In this document: positions 24,494-36,975 of the stretch, piece after piece
Layout: every line of letters begins with the position of its first letter
How positions within the stretch are numbered: position 1 is the stretch's first letter
From: Leucoraja ocellata
Taxonomy: Eukaryota
Assembly: GCA_036785375.1 (NCBI GenBank)
Contig: JAWMAR010000471.1
Coordinates: 682,001-746,000, forward strand
Length of the DNA stretch: 64,000 bases
Reading direction: 5' to 3'
Translations under genes and position numbers: made by a program
The notes under the pieces: model-generated
What the model was told of the DNA's origin: nothing
Database searches by the model: none
Seen by the model: only the letters and a program-made list of their open reading frames with translations

Positions 24494-25021
24494 CTACAGA
24501 GGCCCAGGGAGCCGTTGGCGAGAGGAGGTCTTACCTGGAGCTGTGAGTATAAAAACAGCGCGGGGCTTGCTTCTACAGAGGCCCGGGGAACCGTTGGCGA
24601 GAGGGGGTCTTACCTGGAGCTGTGAGTATAAAAACAGAGCGGGGCTTGCTTCTACAGAGGCCCGGGGAGCCGTTGGTGCGAGGAGGAGTTACCTGGAGCT
24701 GTGAGTATAAAAACAGCGCGGGGCTTGCTTCTACAGAGGCCCGGGGAGCCGTTGGTGCGAGGTGGAGTTACCTGGAGCTGTGAGTATAAAAACAGCGCGG
24801 GACTTGCTTCTACAGAGGCCCGGGGAGTCGTTGGTGCGAGGTGGAGTTACCTGGAGCTGTGAGTATAAAAACAGCGCGGGGCTTGCTTCTACAGAGGCCC
24901 GGGGAGTCGTTGGTGCGAGGTGGAGTTACCTGGAGCTGTGAGTATAAAAACAGCGCGGGACTTGTTTCTACAGAGGCCCGGGGAGTCGTTGGTGAGAGGA
25001 GGACTTACCTGGAGCTGTGAG
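24494..25021 (+). repeat. 79-bp tandem repeat, ~6.7 copies, CR1 5' UTR
   Basis: Units start at 24494, 24573, 24652, 24731, 24810, 24889 and 24968; each full unit contains TATAAAA. Confidence 0.95.
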
Positions 25022-25189
25022 TTACCCAAATCACCAACGTTCCATCTCACTTCCAGAGAAAGATTCTGATTCTGGTGGAAGCCTCTGATTGGTGGAAGAG
25101 GACCAGCAGAAGCAGCTGATTGGCTGATTGGCTTGTATTGTATTTGCATTGGAATTGTAAGGCTTTATTGTATTTGGATAAGGGGGACA

Positions 25190-26126
25190 ATGAAGGCCAG
25201 GGCAGTTTACTGTTCTGGATGTCAGATGTGGGAGGTCATGGAGTCGGAGTGCCCTCCAGACGTCCACATCTGCGCAAGGTGCGTCGAGATGGAGCTCCTA
25301 AGGGACCGTGTCAGGAACCTGGAACAGCAACTCGATGACCTCTGTCTGCTCAGGGAGAACGAGGAGGTCATAGAAAGGAGTTACAGGGAGGTGGTCACTC
25401 CAAGACCACGGGAGACAGAAAACTGGGTCACAGTTAGGAAGGACAACGGGCAGAGGCAGGGACTGGTGAGTACCCCGGTGGCTGTACACCTTAGAAATAA
25501 GTACTCATGTTTGAGTAAGGGTGGGGGGGGACAGCCTACCTGGGGGCAGCGACAGCGACCGGGTCTCTGGCACAAAGACCGGTCCGGTTGCTCAGAAGGG
25601 TAAGGAAAAGAAGGGGAGGGCAATTGTAATAGGGGACTCTATTGTCAGGGGTTCGGATAGGCGATTCTGTGGACGCAGACAGGAGTCCCGGATGGTAGTT
25701 TGCTTCCCTAGTGCCAGGGTCACGGATGTGTCTGAACGTGTCCAAGAAATCCTGAAATGGGAGGGAGAGGAGCCTGAGGTTGTGGTGCATATAGGTACCA
25801 ATGACATAGGTAAAAAAAGAGAAGAGGTCCTGAAAGAAGAATTTAGGGAGTTAGGTAGAGAGTTAAGGAGAAGGACTGGAAAGGTAACAATCTCAGGATT
25901 ACTGCCTGTGCCACGCGACAGTGCGAGTAGGAATGGAGTGAGGTGGAGGATAAATGCGTGGATGAGGGACTGGTGCAGTGGGTATGGATTCAAGTTTCTG
26001 GATCATTGGGGCCTCTTTTGGGGAAGGTGCGACTTGTACAGAAAGGACGGGTTGCACTTGAACTCAAGGGGGACAAATATCCTGGCGGGGAGATTTGCAA
26101 AGGCTACTGCGGAGACTTTAAACTAG
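25190..26126 (+). pseudogene. CR1 ORF1: zinc finger, coiled coil, SGNH esterase
   Basis: CSGC...CARC; LRDRVRNLEQQLDDL; GDS...HIGTND...DGLH; one frameshift at the G-run ~25523-25530. Confidence 0.88.
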
Positions 26127-26131
26127 TATGA

Positions 26132-29075
26132 TTGGGGGGAGGGACTCAAATTGGGAAAGCTAGCAGTCAGTGTGTGAAGCAGGGGGCAGAGAATGGTAGC
26201 ACTCTGACCCAAAATGTAGGGGAGAGAGAAGAAAAAGAAAATAATCAGAGAATAAGAGAGGGTGGGTTTCTTAAATGTGTATATTTTAATGCTAGGAGCA
26301 TTGTAAGAAAAGTGGATGAACTTAGAACCTGGATTGACACCTGGAAGTATGATGTTGTGGCGATCAGTGAAACATGGTTGCAGGAGGGCTGTGATTGGAA
26401 ATTAAATATTCCAGGATTTCGTTGCTTCAGGTGTGATAGAATTTGAGGGGCAAGAGGTGGAGGTGTTGCATTGCTTATCAGGGAAGATATTACAGCAGTG
26501 CTAGGCAGGATAGATTAGAGGGCTCGTCTAGGGAGACTATTTGGGTGGAACTGAGAAATTGGAAAGGGGTAGCAACACTTATAGGGGTGTATTATAGACC
26601 GCCAAATGGGGAGCGAGAATTGGAAGAACAAATATGTAAGGAAATTGCAGATATTAGTAGTAAGCACAAGGTAGTGATTGTGGGAGATTTCAATTTTCCA
26701 CACATAGACTGGGAAACACATTCTGTAAATGGGCTGGATGGTTTGGAGTCTGTAAAATGTGAGCAGCATAGTTTTTTGCAACACTACATAGAAGTACCTA
26801 CTAGAGAAGGGGCGGTACTGGACCTCCTGTTAGGAAATGAGATGGGTCAGGTGGCAGAGGTATGCGTTGGGGGACAGTTCGGGTCCAGTGAACACAATAC
26901 CATTAGTTTCAATATAAATATGGAGAGGGACAAAACTGGACCTAGGGTTGAGATTTTTGATTGGAGAAAGGCTAACTTTGAGGAGATGCGAAAGGATTTA
27001 AAAGGAGTAAATTGGGACAGTTTGTTTTATGGGAAAGATGTGGAAGAGAAATGGAGTACATTTAAAGGTGACATTTTAAGAGTACAGAATCTTTATGTCC
27101 CTGTTCGGTAGAAAGGAAATCGTAAAAATTGTAAAGAGCCATGGTTTTCAATGGAAATTGGACACTTGGTTCGGACAAAGAGGGAGATCTACAATAATTA
27201 TAGGCAGCATGGAGTGAATGAGATGCTTGAGGAGTATAAAGAATGTAAAAAGAATCTTAAGAAAGAAATTAGAAAAGCTAAAAGAAGATATGAGGTTGCT
27301 TTGGCATGTAAGGTAAAAGTAAATCCGAAGGGTTTCTACCGCTATATTAAAAGCAAAAGGATAACGAGGGATAAATCTGGTCCATTAGAGAGTCAGAGTG
27401 GACAACTATCTGCAGAGCCAAAAGAGATGGGGGAGATATTGAACAGTTTCTTTTCTTCGGTATTCACCAAGGAGAAGGATATTGAATTATGAGAGGTAAG
27501 GGAAACAAGTAGAATAGCTATGGAAACGACGAGGATCCAAGAAGAGGAAGTACTGACACTTTTGAGAAATATAAAAGTGGATAAGTCTCCAGGTCCGGAC
27601 AGGATATTCCCTAGGACATTGAGGGGAGTTAGTGTAGAAATAGCAGGGGCTATGGCAGAAATATTTCAAATGTCATTAGAAACGGGAATAGTGCCGGAGG
27701 ATTAGCGTACTACGCATGTTGTTCCATTGTTTAAACAGGGGTCTAAGTGTAAACCTAGCAATTATAGACCTGTTAGTTTGACGTCAGTGGTGGGCAAATT
27801 AATGGAAAGAATACTTAGAGATAATATATATAAGCATCTGGATAAACAGGGTCTGGTTAGGAACAGTCAACATGGATTTGTGCCTGGAAGGTCTTGTTTA
27901 ACTAATCTTCTTGAATTTTTTGAAGATGTTACACGGGAAATTGATGAGGGTAACGCAGTGGATGTTGTGTATATGGACTTCAGTAAGGCCTTTGACAAGG
28001 TTCCTCATGGAAGGTTGGTTAAGAAGGTTCTATGGTTGGGTATTAATGGTGGAGTAGCAAGATGGATTCAACAGTGGCTGAATGGGAGATGCCAGAGAGT
28101 AATGGTGGATGGTTGTTTGTCAGGTTGGAGGCCAGTGACGAGTGGGGTGCTACAGGGATCTGTGTTGGGTCTACTGTTGTTTGTCATGTACATCAATGAT
28201 CTGGATGATGGTGTGGTAAATTGGATTAGTAAGTATGCAGATGATACTAAGATAGGTGGGGTTGCGGGTAATGAAGTAGAGTTTCAAAGTCTACAGAGAG
28301 ATTTATGCCAGTTGGAAGAGTGGACTGAAAGATGGCAGATAGAGTTTAATGCTGATAAGTGTGAGGTGCTACATCTTGGCAGGACAAATCAAAATAGGAC
28401 GTACATGGTAAATGGTAGGGAATTGAAGAATGTAGGTGAACAGAGGGATCTGGGAATAACTGTGCACAGTTCCCTGAAAGTGGAATCTCATGTAGATAGG
28501 GTGGTAAAAAAAGCTTTTGCTGTGCTGGCTTTATAAATCAGAGCATTGAGTATAGAAGTTGGGATGTAATGTTAAAATTGTACAAGGCATTGGTGAGGCC
28601 AATTCTGGAATATGGTGTACAATTTTGGTCGCCTAATTATAGGAAGGATGTCAACAAAATAGAGAGAGTACAGAGGAGATTTCCTAGAATGTTGCCTGGG
28701 TTTCAGCAACTAAGTTACAGAGAAAGGTTGAACAAGTTAGGGCTTTATTCTTTGGAGCGCGGAAGGTTAAGGGGGGACTTGATACAGGTTTTTAAAATGA
28801 TGAGAGGGATAGACAGAGTTGACGTGGAAAAGCTTTTCCCACTGAGAGTAGGGAAGATTCAAACAAGGCGACATGACATGAGAATTAAGGGACTGAAGTT
28901 TATGGGTAACATGAGGGGGAACTTCTTTACTCAGAGAGTGGTAGCTGTGTGGAATGAGCTTCCAGTGAAGGTGGTGGAGGCAGGTTCGTTTTTATCATTT
29001 AAAAATAAATTGGATAGTTATATGGCTGGGAAGGGAATGGAGGGTTATGGTCTGAGCGCAGGTATATGGGACTAG
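26132..29075 (+). pseudogene. CR1 ORF2: AP endonuclease and reverse transcriptase
   Basis: YFNARS, ISETW, YYRPP, GDFN, QHGF, DFSKAFD, QGSVLG, YADD; 3 in-frame stops (27109, 27490, 27703) and 2 frameshifts (~26450, ~28530). Confidence 0.92.
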
Positions 29076-31219
29076 GGGAGATTATGTGTTCGGCACGGAC
29101 TAGAAGGGTCGAGATGGCCTGTTTCCGTGCTGTAATTGTTTTATGGTTATATGGTGTTATATGGTTACTTGCTGCTCGGTGCGGACGTGATGGAGCGAAG
29201 GGACAGTTTTCACTCTGTAAACTAAATTTAAGAAAACTCGAGCAATAGTTCACTTTATAATTCGCTCTCTTCAGAAATGGCTCGAAGTTAGATTGTTTCC
29301 CTTTCAAAGTCAGTATCGTGTAACTGAAATGTAACTAGCAGATGGATGAGTTGTCACCGGAAGTAAAGATAATGATATGTTTCTGTCTTCCTCTTCACAC
29401 TTCTTTATTCTTCCAAGTACTTTTTAGATATAGGGAACAACCGATGAAAAACTATAGCAGACAGAAATATATGCGGGATTGATTCGAGTTGATCGGAGAG
29501 CACCTTGGTTCGCATTGAATAATTAAAATTATTGAAACAGAATCTCTTGCTTGTTTCATATTGCTCGTGCTGACTGTGGTCCAACAACGAAGACATATTC
29601 ACCTGGTTAACTTGGCCAACACATTCCTAAGTATTCATAAATTGAGTGTTAATAATAAATAGATCTTGGACTAAATCGACTAAACCTGTTTTTTTATTCC
29701 TGTATTGAAAGAAGTTGCGCAACTTCTGGGGGCAGATACATCCACGGTAACCCGTCATTGTCAATGTGTATCTGCAACAACTGAGGTGCAGCTGTAGAAA
29801 CGCTGCCGAATATGACAGTGCCCCAATGCGTTATTTCATCGAACCTGCTTTTTAACATTACGACCGAACTCTCTCTTCAGTACATGAATGTATGTGTATT
29901 GCTAATATTATGCCAATCTCCGCTCAGTCACCATTCAAATACACCTTAGTGGTTGCACCTGACGAATTCCGTTTTGTAGAAAAATAAATAGCCTTGAACA
30001 TTAAACTTATTTTTCCCCTTACAACTGCTGCCTTGCCGCTGGAGATTTATTTTACTTTCTGTGCAATTGTACATGTTCAGTATCTGCGGTAGTTTGTATT
30101 TTATTAAACTACACCCTATTGATGCTGGTCCTAATTCGGCGCATGTTCTGCTGTATAAGCCAAACATGCCGGGTACAGCCATTGCCTGAAATGAAATACT
30201 TCGTTGAACAGCAGGCACAATCACGTTCACAATCACCGCACCTCTTCGGACTTCATGTTAGCCATTGCGAAATTAATATCAAACTTCCTAAACCTGGTCC
30301 AGGCTCTGTCTGTTTTGGAACTTATAACATAGAACATACAGCAAAAGATCGTTCAGTTTAGTTTATTACCTCGTGTACCGAGGTACATTGGAAAGCTTTT
30401 TTTGAGCTATCCAGTCAGCAGAAAGACAACACATGATTGTAATCGAGCCATTCACATTATTAAATATACATGATAATGGAACAAGGTTTAATACAAGGTG
30501 AAGCCAGCATAGCCCTATCAAACATGGTGCTCGGGTCAGCATTTAGATGGATCAGTTGAAGAACAGATTTTTAGTTCACAATGTTCCTGTCAACCCGATA
30601 CCAAGACCAGCTCCGATCTATTTGCGCTTAATCAACATCCTTCCATTCCCTGCAGAATCATATCTCCATCCAAAACTATTTTACATTCTACTATCGTATC
30701 CGCCTTAACCAGCAGCGCGTTATAAACACTCGCCACACTTTTTGTAAAACGTTGCGCCGTACATTTTCTTTAAATGTTCCCCTTCTTAGCATAAAGCTGT
30801 GCCCTCTTCGATACATTTTTTTCCATTCTGGGGAAATCAAAATTCTGACAATCTACCGGGTCTCATAAGTTTACATAACTCAACCAGTTGTCCCCGCAAT
30901 CTCCGACGTTCCAGAGGGATAACAATCCAAATCTGACCAATCTCTCCCTGTATCTAATACCCGCTAATCCAGCCACAATGCGCAACTGAGCAACTGCGGC
31001 TGTAAAACACGCTGTTCTTATTAAGTTTCTCCATCTTGCTGAATTGGCAAAGTCATTCACTAATGGCCTTGATGCCGGTCACCAGTTTGTGCAGAGTTGT
31101 AGTTTAGTTAATTTACATTAGGTTGGTGGAGTTAAAGTAACCTAAACAAATACAATTACAAAAACAATACTAACCAAAAAAACACAAATGAATGACCAGG
31201 TACACTACACCCACTGGCT

Positions 31220-31810
31220 CTCCCTTGTCCATTTTCCTACTACCATCCTTAAACAAAATCCAGAAGATTAGTCAAGTATGATATCCCCTTCGTAAATCCA
31301 TGCTGACTCGGACCGATCCTGTCACTGCTATCCAAATGTGCCGCTATTTCGTCTTTTTATAATTGATTCCAGCATCTTCCCCACCGCCGATGTCAGGCTA
31401 ACTGGTCTATAATTCCCTGTTTTCTCTCTCCCGCCTTTCTTAAAAAGTGCGATAACATTTGCTACCCTCCAATCCACAGGAACTGATCCTGAATCTATGG
31501 AACATTATAAAATTATCACCAATGCAACCACGAATTCTAGTGCCATTTCCTTAAGTACTCTGGGATGCAGACTATCAGGCCTTGGGGCTTTATTAGGCTT
31601 CAGTCCCATCAGTCTACCCAACACCATTTCATGCCTAATGTAGATGTATTTCAGTTCCTTCGTCACCCATATCCTCTGGCCACTACTGCATCAGGAACTG
31701 TGTCTGTGTCCTCCTTAGTGAAGACGGATCCAAAGTACCTGTTCAACTCATCTGCCATTTCCTTGTACCCCATAATAAATTCATCTTTTTCAGTCTTCAA
31801 GGGTCCAGTC
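31220..31810 (-). mobile_element. CR1 ORF2 internal fragment (paralogs ~46040-46635, ~61130-61780)
   Basis: MADELNRYFGSVFTKED; NYRPVS and QHGF in the paralogs. Confidence 0.8.
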
Positions 31811-33870
31811 TTCAAGGATGTAGTTGAGGCAGGTACTGTCGCAACGTTTAAGAAATAATGCGACAAGTACATGGATTAGATATGTTCAGAGGAATATGGG
31901 CCACTCGTAGGCAGGTGGGGTGTGCAGATGGGGTTCATTGGTCATCGTGGGCAGGTTGTGCCGGAGGACTATTTTTCACGATGTATGACACTAGAACTCT
32001 ATGCCAAGATCGAAGAACAACAAGTCACTTTCCGCTTGTGCAAGGCACACGTTTCTGGAGTTAACATCCGAGTCTTCAACGTTACCAAATCTATCTTTCT
32101 GCTAATTTGGAAGAACATTCGGCATATCGACGTCTGTTTTGATTATATTGTCTCTCGTGGTAACGTCCACAACGTGAAATGTCAATTCACCACATCGTTC
32201 GTTTCAGAGAATTGAAATATCCTGACCTATACAGTCTCTCTCGGAATTGAACGTCTCCAGTCCTGCAAAAACGTTGTCGTTAATACGCTGCCACTCCCCA
32301 GATTAATGGTATCAATGCGAACATATTGCGATCTGGAGAACATCGCACGTGCGGTCTCGCCAACGTCCTAGACCAGATTGTTAAACTCCACTTATACACA
32401 ACTGCGTGCGATTCCAGCAGTGAAATAAGCCCACACATCAAGCTGGCTGAGGAGGAAAAAATCCTACCATCCACATTCAAATTGACTCGCATTGGTTGGA
32501 AGCAAATTGTTCATGAACAAGATGGAGAAAAGGCCCTGTTTCTGTGCTGTGTAACATGCAACTACCACTTACAGTGAGAGTTGGTTCAATATACCTGCCC
32601 CCCACCCCCTCCTGAGGGAGAGTATGCGCTGCGTCCCTTTAAATATTTACCGTCTTATTTTATACTCCTGTCCTCTTTTAGAGACCGACGTCCGAGGAAC
32701 ACATTAAAATATTTCAACTGATCACCTTGTCATATTTTAATTCTGCATAACTCCTCATGGTTTTATTCGTTGCTGAGAGATTCAGTTTCTGCATTCTGCA
32801 GTCCATCTCATAATTCACACTGTCCAATAATAGTATCATTCGTGGGAGGAGAGTTGCATACTCGCTCGTTTAAATGGATCCTTAATAAATTATTTCGAAA
32901 AATAATATCCCTCCTCCTGTGGTGTACTGCTCTGTGAAGTTTTTGTCTCTGAATTGCTTAGGTCGAGTGCAGAAAACATGACATTTGTTTCTTTGGTCAA
33001 GACTTTCTTCAGGATGATCTATCCCCAAACATTTACAGCCGGTGAGACTCTCCTTAACCGATTCAATCATCTTGTACATCAACATTCTTGATATCTCCAA
33101 CGGATCATTGAATTGGGAAGTTCTCGCCCTAATATCTGGAATAACATCAAATGCTGTTCACCTCTGTGTTTTATGAATTAACACATTTCTTTAAAGATGA
33201 TCTGTTGATCAAGAATATGTCTAGCCGTTGTATATTTCCAGCCAGTTATCACATTACACATTATATTCGCTTATTCTTTACTTCATGTAGTGGCAACAGT
33301 TGAAATACATTAGTGCTGCTGTTGTAGCTGAATTGTATACGATGTCGTCTAGAAGGTTCCCTGTGGTTTACATCATTTAGACCCTGCCAAAAAACGATTA
33401 TCTTTCCGTTTGAAAGGCAGCTACACGGATAATGCAAGATGAAATTATTAATGGGTGCATATTAAATGATGGGAACGGTGTCTGGAAAATGCATTGCAAA
33501 TTCTACAAGTAATATACTGTATTACATCGTAGCTTGTGTGCATAAATGATACCTGACACGAATTTTGCTGCATCTGTGTGCCACGCGTTAAAAGTTAAAA
33601 ATAGAATGTTCACTCGTATTTTACAGTTCCTTAGTTCTGTTGGTGCTCAGCTGGTGCCTGAGTAGTGAGCGGTCGCATAATGAGTTTGATCGCTTTGCAT
33701 CACCTGGGAGCAAACTATTTGTTCAACGGTCCACAATAAATGTCCGCGGGGAGGTGAACGCACGCAGTCCTTAAGTTTTTTTCTAAGAATATAAATATAG
33801 CGCTGTTTGACTTCTCACTTTGACTCCTATAAGTTTTGCACTGCATAACTGCGGACGGCTTGAAGGAAAA

Positions 33871-36240
33871 ATGAGTTGGAAGCGGCACTTGGAAGTGGAA
33901 TATTATTATTATCCAATTCTGGCAGCAATCGGAGTACCCGGTAGGTCAAGGGAACGCTGTACGTGGGACTGAGATGTGGGGTGATGTGTTGATAAAGACA
34001 ATGTCAAAGGTAAAGTGTAAATAGTGTGCGAAACACGGGAATGCTAGACTGCAATCTTCAGGTTAGGGCGGTATTAACTAGAAAATGTTTGTTTAAGAAA
34101 TTACTGCAGTTGCTGGAGAAATCGAAGCTAGACAAAAATGCTGGAGAATTAGACAGCGGGTGAAGCGGCATCTAGGAAGCGAAAGAATAGGTGACGTTTC
34201 GGGTCGAGACTGATCAGTCTGAAGAAGGGTCTCGACCCGAAACGTCACCTATTCCTTTGTTAAGCTACTTGATCGTTGGCCGTTTATTGGATCTGGCACA
34301 GGTTAATTCTCTTCAGGTTTAGGTGCATTGTTGTCATGTATTTCCGGGAGCTGCAAAAAGCTATGCTTTGCAAGAAATCAAAATTTGATCAAATAATATT
34401 AAATAACAGTACAAACAATTCAATCTCAGTAACAGGTAGTGTAAAAGGGGAAATCGGAGTGCAGAGCGTAGTTCAAGTTTGGGAGCGCACTGCAGCGTAT
34501 CACATCCACAAAGCCCAATGTCCGCAAGGGGATATAGGTGAAACGGCAATGCCCTGGCATATGGAAGAGCGGCTCAGAAGCCTGACAACAGAGGGGAAAG
34601 AGCTGTTCTGGAGTCTGGTGGAGGGAGCTTTAAGCCTTCTCCATTTTCTGCCCGACGAGAGCAGGAAGTAGAAGGAATGAGCAGGGTGAAACATGTCTCC
34701 GTTTCCAATGGATTGTGAAGTGCGAACGCAGTCAACAGTGCGGAGTCCATTTCGTGATATGGACCCGGCGTCTTCCAGAACCCTGTGCAGTTTATTCTTT
34801 ATGGGGCATAGATGGACCCACAACAAGCTTTGTGCGGCACCGTTGTTGAGAATTATTGTGGAAGGGTGTTACCACTAATTCTCTCGGTTTATTCTTTAGG
34901 AAGTTGAGTATCCATTCGCAAGCTGGTGCACTGATCGCTGGGCTCTGGAGTTTATCAATGGGTTTGGATGGGAGTAGTGTTGAAGGCAAGTTCTCCAGCG
35001 GAGAAATGGGAATCCGACTTTCGACTCCTTGTTGGCCGGCTGGTCCCGGGAAGGGTTTAGGTCCAGGACGATGGCGTCTGATGCGGACATGCTGCTGCAA
35101 TATGCAGTCTGCGGTGCATCACGGGTGGCTGGGAGACAGCTCACGCTACCTGCGTAGACCGCTGCTAATTAATCCGCACAGCTCCTTAGCAAGCACCCAG
35201 GTTTGCATGTGGGCAGTTGTTTTCGAACAAATAAGCAAAGCGTAACCCAAGATTGACCCCCGCCTCCAAATTTGCATCACGTGACCCTTACATGTAACTA
35301 CAGTTTCCTCTTTTCTACACCCGCAGTGAACTTGCTGGCAATTGTGATCCTGTCCCGCAGAAATTGTGGTCTCTCCAAATGCACCACTCGGTACCTGGTG
35401 GCCATGGCGACGGCGGACCTCTCTGTGATTGTCTGCGAAGTGATATTAAATCGGATTGCCGACCTTTACTGGATGAAAACATTCCTCTTCCACAATACTG
35501 TGTGCAGGTCCATTATGTTCCTCGCTCCCGCGGCCGTTGCCTGTTCTGTGTGGCTCACGGTTGCTTTCACATTTGATCGCTTTGTGGCCATTTCCACTCA
35601 GACTCTGAGAACCAGATACTGCACTGAGAGAACCGCGCTGGTGGTTATAGTGACCATAACTGCGTTCTTCTGTTTACAGAACGTCCCCTGGCCTTTTGCG
35701 TACAATTATTATTTCAGGGATCTGCAGGGTATACAGTGGGGTTGCCTAATACGATATCAGTTTTATAGCCTATCCTCGTGGATAGCATTTTCCTGGACTC
35801 AACAGCTGCTAGTCCCAGTCATTCCATTTTGTTTAATTATGCTGATGAACGTGCTCACAGTCAGGCGCATTTTAGTGGCCAGTCGTGTCCGCAGAAAACT
35901 CCGCGATCTCAGTAATGAGGACCCCGAGATCGCAAACCGTAGACGGTCCGTAATTTTACTCCTTGCAATCTCCAGCAGTTTTATGGTGCTATGGGGCACA
36001 AATGTAGCATATTTCGTTTTCTATCGAATTACGAATGCATTTTGGGTCAGGGGGTTGAGGAACCAATTTGCAACATTTGAACAAACTGGAATTCTGCTAC
36101 AACTGTTGAACACCTGCACAAACACGCTCATTTACACCGTGACCCAGAGGAGGTTCAGAGAGCAGCTGCTCCAGGTACTCATGTACCCCTTCACCCTAAC
36201 TGTAAGTTTAATAAAATCTAGAAAACCGGGTGTAAAATAA
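33871..36240 (+). CDS. GPR139/142-like class A GPCR copy 2, 327 aa (exon1 33871-33940, exon2 35327-36240)
   Basis: MSWKRHLEVEYYYYPILAAIGVP|VNLLAIVILS; TM2 LVAMATADL, TM3 C..FTFDRFVAI, ECL2 WGC, TM5 IPF, TM6 FMVLW, TM7 NTCTNTLIY; intact GT-AG phase-1 intron of 1386 bp. Confidence 0.92.
34185..34254. mobile_element. Penelope hammerhead inverted repeat, copy 2
   Basis: Identical to 15134-15203. Confidence 0.7.
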
Positions 36241-36975
36241 CATTACGTTACTTATCCCACCGTGAGTCAGTGCAAAAACGAGGTAATGAAGGAGTTTTGT
36301 CTGAAAGCTTTCCGCATTAATTTTCAAAAATATAGCTGAGAAATACAATCTGAACGCGTCCCCTGCACTGGGATGCACATTTGGCCATCTATTTAACATG
36401 CGACATTGGGGCGTTGTTCAAAATGCGCAGTGGGGAGGGCGGCCATGTTGAACCGAGTGCTATGTTGTACTGGAGCAGATCTCCAATGATTCCGGAAATG
36501 AGCCTCGCCGTTAACTGTTTCCATCTTCTTTTGAATTCAGCGGTAACGTCTCCAGTACGTAATGAAAACAGACATAGAGTTATGGTCCTAAACATTGCAT
36601 GCTCCATTACTCTACAATTCTTTGAGACGTTCCATGGTTACGTATGTAAATGCCCAGTGCACCAATGTGTTTAATAAAATTCTTGTTGCAACATTTACAT
36701 TAATGAGAGTTCCATTCTATTTTTGCTTCTCGAACTGAATGTAATGCCTTGTTGCTTCTTACAGAGGCTTTCTGTTGCCAGTACAATTAGTAATTCTGCA
36801 CCAGATGCAGCCAAAGGTAGTGGGTGCCGTTCAAACAAGTTGGCATTACTAACTATATGTTTTAATGGAAGCAGAGTGTCACACGCTAGTGTCCAGTAAA
36901 CGGCTGTAAGGTGAGTAAGTTCGCCTGTGTGGTAAGCCAGAGCTTCTGCATCGTTTTGCATTAATCCCACCTCCA

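Larger units (their letters stand above)
24494..29165 (+). mobile_element. Near-full-length young CR1 LINE (family A), ~4.7 kb
   Basis: 5' tandem monomers, ORF1, ORF2 (APE and RT), (ttatatgg)n tail; flanked by tactt at 24489-24493 and 29166-29170; empty site visible at ~40805 and ~59072. Confidence 0.95.

Noticed and set aside
24494-25021. 79-bp array as a CRISPR-like locus
   Set aside because: No unique spacers, no cas genes, vertebrate context; it is the CR1 5' UTR
29356-29364. Perfect ETS motif ACCGGAAGT (also 41000 and 59270)
   Set aside because: A single 9-mer conserved only among recent duplicates; not enough to call an enhancer
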